A stretch of DNA of 63,381 nt, counting the filler, from Craspedostauros australis (Eukaryota), in assembly GCA_030167865.1 (NCBI GenBank). It is 13 parts of 13 records of this genome, joined end to end, with 100 filler letters (N's around TTAATTAATTAA, not from the genome) between each part and the next. Parts side by side here need not be neighbours in the genome. Positions count along the whole stretch, not along the records: positions 47,815 to 53,327 come from JALAGF010004737.1; positions 53,428 to 63,381 come from JALAGF010004739.1; 11 more parts are not named here. One strand, given 5' to 3'. The translations under genes were made by a program, and so were the position numbers. Below the pieces are notes generated by a model, which worked only from the letters and a program-made list of their open reading frames with translations, was not told where the DNA came from and ran no database searches. Shown in pieces: positions 48,990 to 61,265 of the stretch. Numbering within the stretch: the stretch's first letter is position 1; each line of letters begins with the position of its first letter.

Positions 48990-49793
48990 ATGATCGCAAT
49001 CAACTCCACAATCCTCGCATGCGCGCTCGTCGCCGTGATGCACACATCGGCAGTCACAGCTTTCGCACCAACCCACGCATTCATCACATCCAAACACCAT
49101 CAACAGCAGCAGCAACCGCTCGCCGCGGCCTTCGTTCAGACCGCCACTGTCGCTGCCACTGCCACTGCCACTGCCACTGCCATTGCCACCGATACTAGCA
49201 ACATCGAAGATGCCGCACAGCAGCAGCTCCAAAAAGCCAAGATGCTGAGACAGCAAGCAGAGCAGGCCTCCATCGATCTCAAGTCCCAGCGCCTGCAGAA
49301 GAAGATGCAGCAGGATCGCTCCACCGACGAGCTCATTGAAACCTACTTCTTCGGCATCGATCGATACACGGACAGCTGCTCTCCGGATGATGCTCTTCTC
49401 AACCGCCTGCGAGACAGACGCGTGGGAGTCAGCACCCTCCTGCAGATGGTCGATCGCATCTTCGAACGTGAGATCCTCGCCAACAACAACGACGAGAACA
49501 TGCTCGATGGATGCATCGAAGCATTGATCGAGCTGCACGAAGTCTTGGACGAAGAGTTCAACCTGCAGCAGCACTGCACCGCATGCGTCGCACATTCCGT
49601 GGAGGAGCATTACGGAGCCGGCAACGTTTCCCACAAGCTCCAGAACCGATTCCAGCAGCTGCAACGCCAGACTCAAGTCGAGACCGAAACTGCCGCGACG
49701 ACCGCCCATACAGCGGGAGCATCTGATCGTCATCACGATATTGCGCAGACATCAACCGTCTCTGTTCCGGTCACAAGGGCAACACCGTTTTGA
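48990..49793 (+). CDS. Plastid-targeted hypothetical protein
   Basis: Signal peptide ending VTA-FAP (ASAFAP motif), Thr/Ala-rich transit-like region, then a helical mature domain. Confidence 0.7.
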   Translation: MIAINSTILACALVAVMHTSAVTAFAPTHAFITSKHHQQQQQPLAAAFVQTATVAATATATATAIATDTSNIEDAAQQQLQKAKMLRQQAEQASIDLKSQRLQKKMQQDRSTDELIETYFFGIDRYTDSCSPDDALLNRLRDRRVGVSTLLQMVDRIFEREILANNNDENMLDGCIEALIELHEVLDEEFNLQQHCTACVAHSVEEHYGAGNVSHKLQNRFQQLQRQTQVETETAATTAHTAGASDRHHDIAQTSTVSVPVTRATPF

Positions 49794-51432
49794 ATTCGAT
49801 CACAGCATCGTTTGCGGTCTCGTTCGGCGAACCAATTTTCCCTTTCCCCAAACCAGGACGCCGCAAGCACAAGATGCACAGCACCATGTATGGTAGTTGC
49901 AGAATAGAAATGTAAATAGAGCTCGACTTGTTGTATAACATGTACTCCACTCTGCGCTTTACCACATCACAGCATTTGTTCAAGTGGTCTCAACAGAGAG
50001 AACTATAGCAGCTCGTTAAAGAAGAGTACATTGGATGTACGAACTGATACACCATACATCTTTTGCGCAACGGTGACATTGGTCGCGTGGGATGACGATG
50101 CTGGCCAATACGCTGGCTACCCACCCCTCCTTGTGAGGATTGTCCACGTCTACGCCAAGTCGACGTTGCTGCCCTTGCTCGCTCGTTGCAAGATCTCCGT
50201 TGATGACTGAGAGCACGGCTTTTATCAGGGCTCGGTATGACCGTGGCAACCTCCCCAGATGACGGCAGCAACCACACGTTGACCTGGCAAAAAATGGAAC
50301 AGATCATACTCGCAGAGATGAGGGTAGCGAAGCGCATACCCTTATGGAATCCGCACCACTCAGATGATTGCCTTGTCCCATTTGATTGTTTGATGCGAAA
50401 GAGCTGTTCGTTCATCACGAAATCGAAGCGCTGGCCGCGGGGAATCCGGCCTTCCTCGTCTCGGACCTTGATCCAAGTCCCAGATGCCGCATCGTTCAGG
50501 CTATCATGCAGCACCTTTCAGACGAGCGCGTCCATTTCGCCAGAGCGGTTCCAAATCTCAGGTCAATCATCAGCGCAAAGCGCCCCATGTCGGCGCTCCT
50601 GGGAGGTTTGTGCTCCCGAGTGCCTTGGGCAACCGACATTCGAAGCAATGGATCGAAGTACTGTGGGCTCTGCGAGATATGTTCGTTAGGTGTGAAGGAT
50701 GGGGGTGAAGGACGAAGTGGTCGTCGCAACAGACGACCGCATCTGCACATTCACAACAAAGGGAAGGATTGGATCTTGTCGCGTTGGCCGAATGTCCGAA
50801 GATCTTGACAGTTCGTGTCGGAGCGAAACTCAGCATTGTTCACAAACGTGCGATGACGGACGCGATATGTGATGCACAATTTATGGACGAGAAATCGGGA
50901 TGAATCCGCTTTTGATTCATTTGGGCAACTGGAGGTACCGACAAAACAGAACAGCGGATCCTTTTGAACGTGCGCGTGCCACAAACTGGTGAAACTGGAT
51001 ACGCAGCATCCTCTCACTGTTGATGTTGCTGTTGCTCTTGTTGCCATCGCTGATCCCCGTGCGCAAACAGTCATACCAACATTCCACTCTCTGCACTGCA
51101 TACTCTGCACTGCACACTCCGTAACCCACGCTCCGCAGCTATACTCGTACAACACGATATTCGAATCCGCTTCTGCTGTTCCTTGTGGGCTTTGCAACAC
51201 CGTACTACTGTACTCAGCAATATTTTTCACCGCGGTAACGCTGGTTGTTGCCCTCCAGTGTAAGGTTTGTCGTGTTTCGCAGCCCAGTCTAGAGCAAAAT
51301 TGCAATCCATCCCAAAAAGTGCTTATGATGCTATATTGCAACACTACATCATTTATATTTGAAAAGAAGTGTGCCATGTGAACAACTCACTGGCGACATA
51401 TCCGTAAGGATAATTTTATGTGGGCGTTTTCG

Positions 51433-51528
51433 TAAATGTCCTCAGGAGGACATTTATCGCTTCCTGTCGATTTTTTTCCCACAACTGTCCTGAGGAGGAC
51501 AGATAAATTATCTGTCCTCTTCAGGACA
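51433..51528. repeat. Two hairpins built from TGTCCT/AGGACA motifs, putative subterminal transposon repeats
   Basis: Perfect 10-bp stem at 51433-51456; 21-bp stem with one mismatch at 51486-51528. Confidence 0.75.
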
Positions 51529-51779
51529 TTTAATTTTGGCGTTTGACTGGCTGGAACACGTATCCACGACACAAATTATGAGTGTCACAACAATTCATCG
51601 TGTTGTGGCTGGTGTCATTTGCTCCGTTCTTCCGTGTGTGCCTGTTCCGGGCATTGGTGGACCTCCACTTGCAACATGGTACTTGCTTGTTCTGGTTTTG
51701 TCTCCTGCTGCGTCAACACAATCATGTTATTGTTTCTACTGTCCAACAAGCTTGGTTACGTCTATTTTACAGTCTTTTC

Positions 51780-53327
51780 TCAGCGGATGCGTTTGCGTTT
51801 GCTTTTGACTTGTCTTCCACTGTGACTATGTTCCACCACGTTTGCAAGTCTTTCGTTCATTCGAGCTTCCGCCGCATCTCTTCGCGACGCTGCCAATGCC
51901 GATTCCCAATGTATCTCTCTTTCTTTCGGGGTGGCTGTTTTGTTCAGACCTTTTCTTTTCTTGTTGATTGTTGTGGTTGCTGTATCCGTTCCTTGGTCTT
52001 CGTCACTGTTGCCATCATGTTTGTCTGACTCTATGCTCGCAAACAATTCGGTGGACTCCGTTCTTGTGACATTGGGAGGATGTTCATCATAGTTGCCGTG
52101 GTCTTCCCTGTCGGTGCACTCTGCATTTTGTTGGGAGACGATGATTGCGGAATCGCTGTCACTGCCAGTTTCGCTGCTGTTTTGATTGGCTCCATCATCA
52201 GTCTTGGGATCCTCCATTTCATCGGTGCTGCTATTTGACGCAACATGTTTGTCTGTGGACTTTGATTTGCTCCCACACTTGATCCGAGGCTTCGTTTTGC
52301 CCTTGCTGCTGCTCCTTCCTAGGTGTCTATCGCTATTGCGATTCTTGTTCTTGTCCTTGCCTTTGCCTTGCGTCTTCTGTGCCATCATTCTTTTCTTCTC
52401 CTCTGCATGCACCAGAGCTTTGGTTAGCCATGTTTTGTCAGGTAGATGTGCAATCCGATGGCAACAGTTGTGAATCTCCACAGCTTGCTTTCGCTTTGGC
52501 ACCTTCTTCAACGCTACCATAGAGGGGATGCCAAATTTCCTGATGATCTCCTCGGTCTTTGGTGTGAGATTTGCGCATACAGAAATTCCACAGCCAGCAC
52601 ACAACCACTGGGTGCGAGAGAGGCACACCAAACAAGTGCCTTTGAACTTCTGACAGTATCTGGGGGTATGCTGCCCCTTCTTCATCCTTTGCGTCAGCTC
52701 CAGCACTTGCTTGTCTACCGCTGTGCGCGAGCTGTTCAGAATTGACTGTAGCTTGGATGGACGTTGTGGGGATCCCTCGGGTTGTATGTTGCCATCATCC
52801 ACTCCAGTGACACCTTCTGGCACCAAGGCCACTGGGTGACGCTCGGTATGCTGGCCATTGTCGTTTCTTGGTGATTTAGTCTCTTCATTCAGCAGATCTA
52901 CCACCTTCTTTGCAAAGCGGCCAATGATGGTTGTCATGGATGTGTTGAAACTCCATGCATGATTCGCTCGATTGCGGTAGTGCTCGATGGACTCATTAGG
53001 TTGGAAGAGGCTGCCATCTTCGTCCTCCCGCTTTGTTGTGTGTTGGAACATTCGGTGAAGGCCAACAAAGACGGTCTGGAGAAGTCGACCGCTCGCCACA
53101 GCATTGAGATTTCCCTGTGGGGGTGGGGCCTCATGTTGGCGAATGAGCCGTGTTGTGATGTCAGATCCGCCCTTGAGTCCATTCCACCATGCACAGCCAT
53201 AGGGTAGAAATGTCTTCACTGGCGGTACGGGAAACTCAATCTGTTGTTGGCAGCTTTGCCACAACTTGAGATGATGAAAGAGATCATCACTTCGTAGGTG
53301 CCATAGAGTTTTGCTGGCTCCTCGGAA
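51780..53327 (-). mobile_element. piggyBac-like transposase C-terminal half, 5'-truncated
   Basis: WNGLKGGSDITT resembles the piggyBac YNxxMGGVD motif; Cys-rich domain CLVC...TQWLCAGCGISVC...CHRIAH; long basic/acidic tail. Confidence 0.6.
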
Positions 53328-53427
53328 NNNNNNNNNNNNNNNNNNNNNNNNNNNNNNNNNNNNNNNNNNNNTTAATTAATTAANNNNNNNNNNNNNNNNN
53401 NNNNNNNNNNNNNNNNNNNNNNNNNNN

Positions 53428-54709
53428 GCTGGAGATTCTGTGCGAACTCCGCTGGCTTGAGTTTCTTGAGGGTCTCATCGTCGATGTTCTTCCCGTTCTT
53501 GCGGTAGTGCCTCGTGGCCTCCACAAGGAGCGCCTGTTGGCAGGCTGGGAGGCGTCTGAATACGCTGTCCGACAGCCGAAATGCGGGCGCGGATTTGCGG
53601 TCGCCGGATTGGCCATCATGTGGTCGCTTGCGGTCGTTGCGTCCGCCCTGCTTGGTTTGGAATCGGCGGTTGCGCCGAGGAGATTGATGTGCTTCGATGT
53701 TGGTCAGCACACGATCATGTTCCATGAGTTCCTTGCGGATCTCTGCGAAGGTGAGCTTCTGCTTTCGGAGACGCGACACCTCGCTCATGTATCGTTCATC
53801 GCGTATATTGCGGAAGAATTGCGCAATGATGTGCTCTTCCGTCATGTCCTTGCCGTTGTCCTTCATGACTTGAATAGACTTGGAGAACGCGTTGACGTAC
53901 TTGGTGAATGGCTCTGATCCGTCGAAGGAGAGTTGAGTCACGTAGACCTCTTGCTCGGCAACTGTTTGCGCCTGGTTCTCCTCAGATTCGTAGAGCTGGA
54001 TTAATGCTTGCCAGGCATCATGTCCGCTGTTGCGGTTGGCGGAGACGAGGAAATCGGCGTCTCCCTGATAGGTCAGTGCGTTGATGACCGAATGGAACTG
54101 CCGGTCAACGTGCTGTTCGTATCCAGCTGGACGCTCCTGGTCCATGTACTTGGAGAATCGAGTGGTCACCATGGACCGCTCGAACGATATCTTCCAATCG
54201 CGCCAGTCTTCGTTCAGACCGGAGAAAGGGAGAGGATCGGGGATGGAAACCTTGTCATAGCGCCAGTTGGTAGGTGTTGATGGAGAGCGCATGCTTGCGC
54301 CTCCGCGTTGCGGCGAGCGCACAACCATCTCGTTGGTTTGCACGGCTGCGGCCGCTGTCTTCATGTCCATCTCGAGACGAAGTTTGGTCGTCGAGATCGC
54401 CACTGATGAGTCGATGGTTGGCAGCTTGTAGTTGCGACCTTCGTTGAAGTCATGGATGGCTTCCCAGTTCGTTGTGTCGTCGACGGCGTTGTGACGTGCG
54501 TATTCGAAGATGCGCATGACGTTACCGATGTTGACGGCATTGAGAGATGGGGAATGAACCAAAGAGTCCACGATTTCTTGGTCGGTGAGGCGGATGGCAT
54601 TGTCGATGCGTCCAAGAGTGCTCGTGATGAAGGACATCTGCTGCTCGTTCAGCCCGACAAGCTCCTTGATGTATCCTGCTACTGCCTTGTTGTTGATCAT
54701 TCTCGTCAT
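53428..54709 (-). mobile_element. Copia Gag (family C), 3'-truncated
   Basis: ATG about 55 nt after the LTR; FSGLNEDWRDWKISF...SGHDAWQALIQLYE...FTKYVNAF...FFRNIRD. Confidence 0.85.
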
Positions 54710-54752
54710 GGTGGAAGTGGTGGTATAGTGATAAGCTTGTTGGTGATATCAC

Positions 54753-54763
54753 GACTCTTAATC
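54753..54763 (-). promoter_or_regulatory. Putative half-tRNA primer-binding site (tRNA-Lys CUU anticodon arm)
   Basis: GATTAAGAGTC directly after the LTR CA; the complement GACUCUUAAUC is the conserved Lys-CUU anticodon stem-loop. Confidence 0.7.
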
Positions 54764-54922
54764 TGTCAAACGTGCAAGTAACTACTGAGACTGATTGGCC
54801 CGTTGTTGCGTGCCCTGGTCGGAGCTCTTGTTGTTTTATTGTGAGTTGTCCGAGGACAATCTCCGACCAGTATTTGATTAATACGATTAGTAAAGAGGTA
54901 AGAAGTACAGTGAAAGCTGTCA
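54764..54922 (-). mobile_element. 159-bp 5' LTR (family C)
   Basis: Same sequence as 31451-31609. Confidence 0.92.
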
Positions 54923-55128
54923 CTATACTCGCAATCTACCATACCAATACGAAGCGAAGAACATCCTCTTCCGCACAGACAGCACCAGCAACAGACTTGC
55001 AACACTGTGGTTTTGACGTCCGCGACGACCAGCGATCAACCACAACCAAGTCGAACACAAGAAGCGATTGGATCCGCCCCAGCCATCGTCGTCAAAACGA
55101 GTGCATATACCCGCAGTAGGATCACAGG

Positions 55129-55998
55129 ATGCCGATCAAATTTGGAAAGGACGTCTCGGCGCGTTTGTTTCGTTACGTGAAGCAGGTGGACATATCATTC
55201 AACCGTGAGTACTGCAATGAGCGATCATTATGCTTCCACCGTTCGATTGCGCAGCTTCACCGTATCGCTCACTTTTGACCTGCCCTGTCTCTCTCTCTCT
55301 CTCCATCGTGTCTCTCGCACGGGCACTGCATCCATCTCACGACAGCCTTTGATGCTCGAACAAGATCCGCACGAGAGCTCTGGCGACAGATGCAGGCCAC
55401 GAGATTTCAGAAAGAAAATCCAAATCTCAAGGTCAACGCGAAGGTTCTGAATACTCCCGATGAGCCAACTGTGGTGTTCACATTTGTGGACGATACTCAG
55501 GTAAGGATTTATCGACTCGGAGCCATGACTCCGCGACGAAAGGTTGGATTGGTCGTCACATGGACTGTGGAACCTCCCTGCTCTTCGTCGCGACTTGATT
55601 TCTTGCGAAACCTCGTTCGATGGTATGCGGCACTGCTTGTGCTGGGCTGTGCGCTTTCTTCCCATATCCATCTGACCTTTTTTGCTTACCACCCGCTTCA
55701 TATGTGCAACATCGGTTGGAATGAACATGATGATGATGGCAACGGCGACAAATGATGTCTCTGCGGCATGCTGCTCTGCGAAATGGATTGATGAAATGAT
55801 GGCGAACATGTTACGGAACTCATGTAATGCAATGGACGGACTGTGGTGCTCCACCACGAAATGTGGATGCAAACGACCAAGCAGAAACGCTTCGAGAGCC
55901 AGCACTACGATGTGAAGGAGATTATGTTTGATGTGCACCTTGGTCTGAACTCGATGGACAACGAGTACGAAATTGCCGGCAAGTCGCTCGATGATTAG
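55129..55998 (+). CDS. MRPL53: Mitochondrial ribosomal protein mL53-like; exons 55129-55204, 55346-55500, 55885-55998
   Basis: GT-AG splicing gives MPIKFGKDVSARLFRYVKQVDISFNPFDARTRSARELWRQMQATRFQKENPNLKV...EPTVVFTFVDDTQKRFESQHYDVKEIMFDV...DD*. Confidence 0.7.
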
Positions 55999-56557
55999 AT
56001 CGGTGTTGGATTCTCAACGAGATAGTATAGAACAATGGGCCTGTTAGAATCGAGACGCAATACTTTCTGTGCCATATCGTGTTGTCGTATCATCCAGTGG
56101 GGGACTTTACTCCATGTATTATATTCTATTAATATGATTGTTTGATACACAAAGGTTGTTGTGTCCAGATGCCCTGATCGTTGGGAAGGGAAGTGCTGCT
56201 TCTTTCGCCCTCCTTGGTCACACGATCCTCACTTGTGACCTCTCTGAAAACGACGGCAACGTTTCTGGTTCCAGTTTTGTGTCGATTTCCGTGTCCGTAC
56301 GAGTACGAGTACGAGTACCACAGCCGTGTACGACTCCTCCAACGGTCACAAAAATAGCGAAACAACAACAACAACAATAGGTGGCAATCACAATAGGTGG
56401 CAATCACAACCGCAACGAGCAACCGTCCAAAGCCAGGCCCATTGCACACAACAGCTTTCTCCCATGGACCCACCCTTCCACCGGTAATTGTACGAGTCGA
56501 TGCTACCACCAGGACTGCTGCAGCCACTTGCATAATAATATACGCCCCAGTTCCACC

Positions 56558-58012
56558 ATGGTGAAGGTCTCGTCGACGAAGCGTGTTCGGACGGATCGCA
56601 AGGCAGGAGGAAAGTCTTCCGCAGTCAGCCTCATTCTGCCCTTCTTGATGGGATGCATGTGCGCGACGACGTTCTTCATCAACTACGGCTTCCTGCGAAT
56701 GGCGGAGCAGGATCACAGGCAGAGCACGCTGCTTCCCAAGAGCAAGGCACCCGCCTTGCCGATCGCGGAACGCAGCCTCCACGCAGAAGATGACGGCCAT
56801 CGAAATGCCGCCATCCCAGTTCCGTCGCAGCTGGACGGGCTGAAGGTCCTCGTGGCGCTCGCCGCGTACGATTTCAGCCAGATGCCCCATCTTGAGGAAG
56901 TGCTGGACGCGTACTTCGATCTCTGCGCTGCGGGATCGAACGTGGATGTGGTCGTGTTCGCCACCATCCCGTGGCCCGTCACCCTCATCGACATGCTCAA
57001 CACGAGGTTCGTGTGCACGAATCCATCGCCGCGCGCAGGCTTCACGATCACGATACACCTCAAGGATTCATCCGTCCGCCTTCGGCTCGTGGACTTTCAC
57101 AGACCGCTGTTTTACGAAAAAATCGATGACTACGATCTGTTCATCTATTCCGAGGACGACATCAGGGTCTCCCCCAAGACGGTCGCGGCGTACATGTCCG
57201 AGACGATGGAGATCCAGCGATTGCTCGGACCTGAAGAGTCCACAAACTACAACGTCGGCGTCGCACGGTACGAATACAACTACCCGCCCGACATCGTCAT
57301 CGACGACAGGACGAGGCACGCCACGCAGAACGTCACGCGCGTGTACTGGGAGCACTCGTGGCATCCGACGATTCCGAATTCGGTCAGCGAAATCCCAGCC
57401 AACGCCAAGCTGCCACGCAAGTACGTGCATATGCAGAATCACCACCAGGGCATGTACCTCGCGACGAGGGATCTGCTGAAGGCATGGCGCGACAAGCCGG
57501 GATGCGAATTTGATCGGAGGAAGTTCCGGCCGGGATTGAAGGATCGGCCGTCGCAGCCCGCGGAGGGGACGCAGCGCGTTTGGATGTCGTCTCAGCAGCT
57601 GTACGGGAAAAGTCACTGCGGCGTCCAGCAGCTGATCCCGGTCGACAAGTTCGGTGAATTCACCATCCTGCATCTCCCCAATAAGAACTACAGACGGTTT
57701 GGCCGCAAGGGGCGCATGGGCGGTCACAAGGAGGACGCGCGTGAAGCTGACCAGTCGGGCCCGGTGAAAATCGAGGGACCGTCCAAAGAACTGCTCAATG
57801 CGCTGGACCTCCACCTGCTCCTGCGAAAAGAGCTGCCGCAGATCCCGCAGAATCCCTACTCGGGAATACGCATGGAGAGCCATGCCAACGGACGCGGCAC
57901 CGATGCGCCACTCTTCAAACGGCGCATGGCGGAGTATCGAGCCTACGTGGAACGCGGCGGCATCCTCAGCGAGGACGACTTTGAGCGGACCGCGCTGAAT
58001 GAAGACGAATGA
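56558..58012 (+). CDS. Type II membrane protein, glycosyltransferase-like
   Basis: Basic N-tail, TM helix (AVSLILPFLMGCMCATTFFINYGFL), Pro-rich stem, KVLVALAAY strand and YDLFIYSEDDI (DxD-like). Confidence 0.65.
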   Translation: MVKVSSTKRVRTDRKAGGKSSAVSLILPFLMGCMCATTFFINYGFLRMAEQDHRQSTLLPKSKAPALPIAERSLHAEDDGHRNAAIPVPSQLDGLKVLVALAAYDFSQMPHLEEVLDAYFDLCAAGSNVDVVVFATIPWPVTLIDMLNTRFVCTNPSPRAGFTITIHLKDSSVRLRLVDFHRPLFYEKIDDYDLFIYSEDDIRVSPKTVAAYMSETMEIQRLLGPEESTNYNVGVARYEYNYPPDIVIDDRTRHATQNVTRVYWEHSWHPTIPNSVSEIPANAKLPRKYVHMQNHHQGMYLATRDLLKAWRDKPGCEFDRRKFRPGLKDRPSQPAEGTQRVWMSSQQLYGKSHCGVQQLIPVDKFGEFTILHLPNKNYRRFGRKGRMGGHKEDAREADQSGPVKIEGPSKELLNALDLHLLLRKELPQIPQNPYSGIRMESHANGRGTDAPLFKRRMAEYRAYVERGGILSEDDFERTALNEDE

Positions 58013-58337
58013 TGGGTCGGAGGGCGACTGCGGTACTCTATGTCTTGACACATGGACTCGCAAAGTGCCGTGCCGTACCACAACCAAACACAGTGGGGCA
58101 TTTATTCCGCACGTTACTCGCACCGCAACGGTTCAGGATCAAATCTACTCGTAATTGTGGAACATCTCGCGGCCTTCACACTGCCAAAGATGCGAGCTAC
58201 GGTACGCCGTCGAAGGCGCAAGCACGGACACCAACAACGGATGATTGTGGATCACGAGAACAGACTCACTAATAGTAGCGGAGCAGAACGCCTCATTGCA
58301 GAGCACTCTCTCCAGAGAGCACTCTGCTCTGCTCTCT

Positions 58338-60661
58338 CTAGTTGTGCTGACGCTTCTTGACGAGCATGTGGAGACCTTGGCGCGTGTGGATCGTGGCACC
58401 TGTCCTCATACCGACTGGGTGCTCCAAGTTCTGTGGCTTTTCGTTGATGTCCACGGATGTCGCTTTGGCGGGGTCGAATTCGAAGTCGAATCTGCGCAGA
58501 ACCATCGCCAACGTCACCGTGGCCTCCATCAAGGCGAACTCATCGCCGACGCATTTTCTGGCGCCGCCTCCGAACGGAAGGTAGGCGAAGTCCGCAGCCA
58601 TCTCGTTGGGGTACAGCTTGTTCTCCCACTTCGATGGATCCATGCCGTTCCACTCAGGCACGTCGGGGTTCTTGTACGGTCTGGTGAATCGCATTGGATC
58701 GAAGGTATCGGGGTTTGGCCAGAAGCGTTCGTCCCTGTGGATGTTGTAGATGGCGATGAAGAGATCCATGCCTCGGATGACGGTGGCGCTGCGTCCGCCG
58801 CCCTTTGGCAGATCGTTTTCTGTTCGGCAGCGCCTGATCAGCAACGGTGGTTCTGGGTACATTCGCAAGGTCTCCGCAATCACGAGGCGCGTATACTTCA
58901 GCTTCTTGACGTCGGCCAGGGTCGGCGTTCGGTCACCCACGACTTCGTCAATTTCCTCTTGGATTTTCTTCATGCATTCTGGTTGCTTGGTCAGCTCGAA
59001 CAGCGCCCACGTAAGCACCGCTGCCGTGGTCTCGTGACCAGCAACGAGCATAGTCATGAGGTCGTCGCGCAGCTGCTTGTTGTCAATGTCCGCACCCCGC
59101 ATGTCGACGAGGAATCGGAGCATGGAGGGATCTTCAACTTCGGCGTAATTGCGGTTCTCGAGCTCCTCGATGTCGGAAACGGTGCGACTGTTCTTGGCAC
59201 GCGAAATGAGATCATCGAGGACGTCATTGAGGATCTTGAGGTCGGAATTGAACTTGCGCAGACGAGGGACGACCTGGTTGGCGAGAGGCAGATCCCAGTA
59301 CGGGGCCGGGGTCATGGAGCGATGTTCAGCCTCCACGAGCGCCGAATACACCGCCTTCACCACCGGGCTCTCGCTGGTAACAGAACCGAACTTGTAGTTG
59401 AAGACGGAGAGGCCGATGATATCCAATGCGACGGAGCAGAACTTCTCCTCCATCTCCACCTTGCCATCACCGTCGGCCTTGGCGTTAAGCGCCTCGATGA
59501 GAGGTTCATTGCAGTATCCGAACAGACCGACCATGTGCTCGAGCCACGCCTTGTGGAAGGCCGGCACGATCTGCCTGCGTCGCACCTTCCAAGTTTCTGG
59601 ATCGGCAGGAATGAGACCCTTGCCCATGATCGGCTCCAAGATTTCCGCCAGAATTCCCTACTCGTGCATTCACCGACCAACATGCGCGTTCGCGTTCGTG
59701 TGCGTGTGTATGCAGGCATGATCGTAATCATAATTTGAACAGACAAGAACGTAGAGGAGGAAACTGTCAGCATATAATTGCAATGCTCGCAGATACGAAT
59801 AAACATCCATGTAACCATTCGACGCAGGCCCATCATGATGCGTGTACGCGCATGAAAGGGCTGGCGCATATTGTTGTCTGTCGTGCTCGTCTTGTAGAAT
59901 GGAGTATTGGACGACCAACAGCTTGCAATGTCGACATCGACATCGCCATCGACATTACCTCCACCATGATCTGCGCCAATGCAAGCATCTGTCGTACTGG
60001 CACTTGATGATGTTATACAACATGAAGCAAAGCGATCCAACCTCGCAATCAAAACAGCGAATTGCTTCGGATTGCATTCCGAAATCGACAATCAATTGAC
60101 ATGAAAATCATGGCTCACCTTGTCGTAGTTGACGTTGCCTTCGGTGAGGATCTGCTTGGTTTGCACGGGATCCGAGATGACGAGGAAGGATTTGGGCCCA
60201 AAGCACAGCTTGTACGGGCTGCCGTAGTCCTCAAAGTACCGCTGAAGGCCGACGAACATGGTGCCGTCGGCGATGTCGTTGATCTCTCCCTCCGCCAGCG
60301 GGCAACCGTCCAGACTGGGATAGCCGCCGTAGATCTGCTCGATGTTCGTTCGCAGCACGTTGGCGGAATCACCGAAGATGACATCCTCGCCTTCGGTGCC
60401 TTTCTTCATGATGTCGAGCTTCCACACGAGCTCCCACCACCATGGCAATCCCTCGGCGTCCGGGTCGATGGCGGGCTTTTCTGCGTCCGCCTTCGATGCC
60501 TCCGTCTTGGCTTCTTCTTCCGTCATGGAGCGCAGCGGGGCCATCGTCTTGACATCCGCGTTGACGATGCTGCCACGTGCAAGTTGGGACGGAGCGAACG
60601 CAAAGGCAGGATGCGCGGCCTGCACCGCAATCAAGATTGACACGATGCCAATTCGCAACAT
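58338..60661 (-). CDS. CYP97: Cytochrome P450 CYP97 family (CYP97B / LUT1-like carotenoid hydroxylase), plastid-targeted; intron 59658-60118
   Basis: AFA-FAP presequence; YKLCFGPKSFLVISDP; spliced YDK|GILAEILEPIMGKGLIPAD; AGHETTAA; ETLR; FGGGARKCVG heme motif. Confidence 0.93.
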
Positions 60662-61265
60662 GGTTGGTCCGTTTCAAGTTGTCTCTGTTCCGTTTCGTTT
60701 CCTTTCGTTTCGTTGGGCTGCGATACTGCGATGCCCAATTGTGGAGTATGCGATTGCACGAGTATGTGTATGTGTGTGGCTGGATGCGACACAATGTGAT
60801 ACGATGTGATACGATGTGATGTGCTGGTTCTGTCTGCAGCGCTTCTGTGGTGATACGGATACGTTGGTGTGTCACTTCAAGATGACAGGAGGACGTCGAA
60901 ATCCGATCTGATGCGGGGTTCTCGTTCATGGGAGCAGATGTTGATTGGCAACCAGCGTTTCTTCGTATCTCTCTTGGTTGAGGTGGTATGCGGTGAAAGC
61001 CAACGTCAGTGAGCCATCACGATCTTTGATTCCTTTGATTAAACATACCACCAACAGCAGAAATTCGTCCAAGATCGTGATGGAACACGACCTTTTCTAT
61101 TCTGTACTCTAGCCTGCCCTACTTGTAGTGATACTGTTGCCAGTTTATTGGGAACTTGCGATGCGGCTCGTTATAGTGTATATTACATGTTTCTGCGCCT
61201 CTATTCATATGTGTACGTAACACTCTACCAGCGTACGCACTCGCACCTTACCCCGCCATTCACGC

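Noticed and set aside
50237..50808. Gene in overlapping plus-strand ORFs
   Set aside because: No recognisable domain, start context or splice pattern to choose a frame.
30861..54922. The two 159-bp LTRs as ends of a single insertion or a large inversion
   Set aside because: They are on different contigs and their flanking 5-mers do not form a TSD.
57068..60640. Long overlapping ORFs opposite the GT-like and CYP97 genes (57068-58123, 58245-59738, 60062-60640)
   Set aside because: Antisense shadows of GC3-rich real genes; no motifs of their own.
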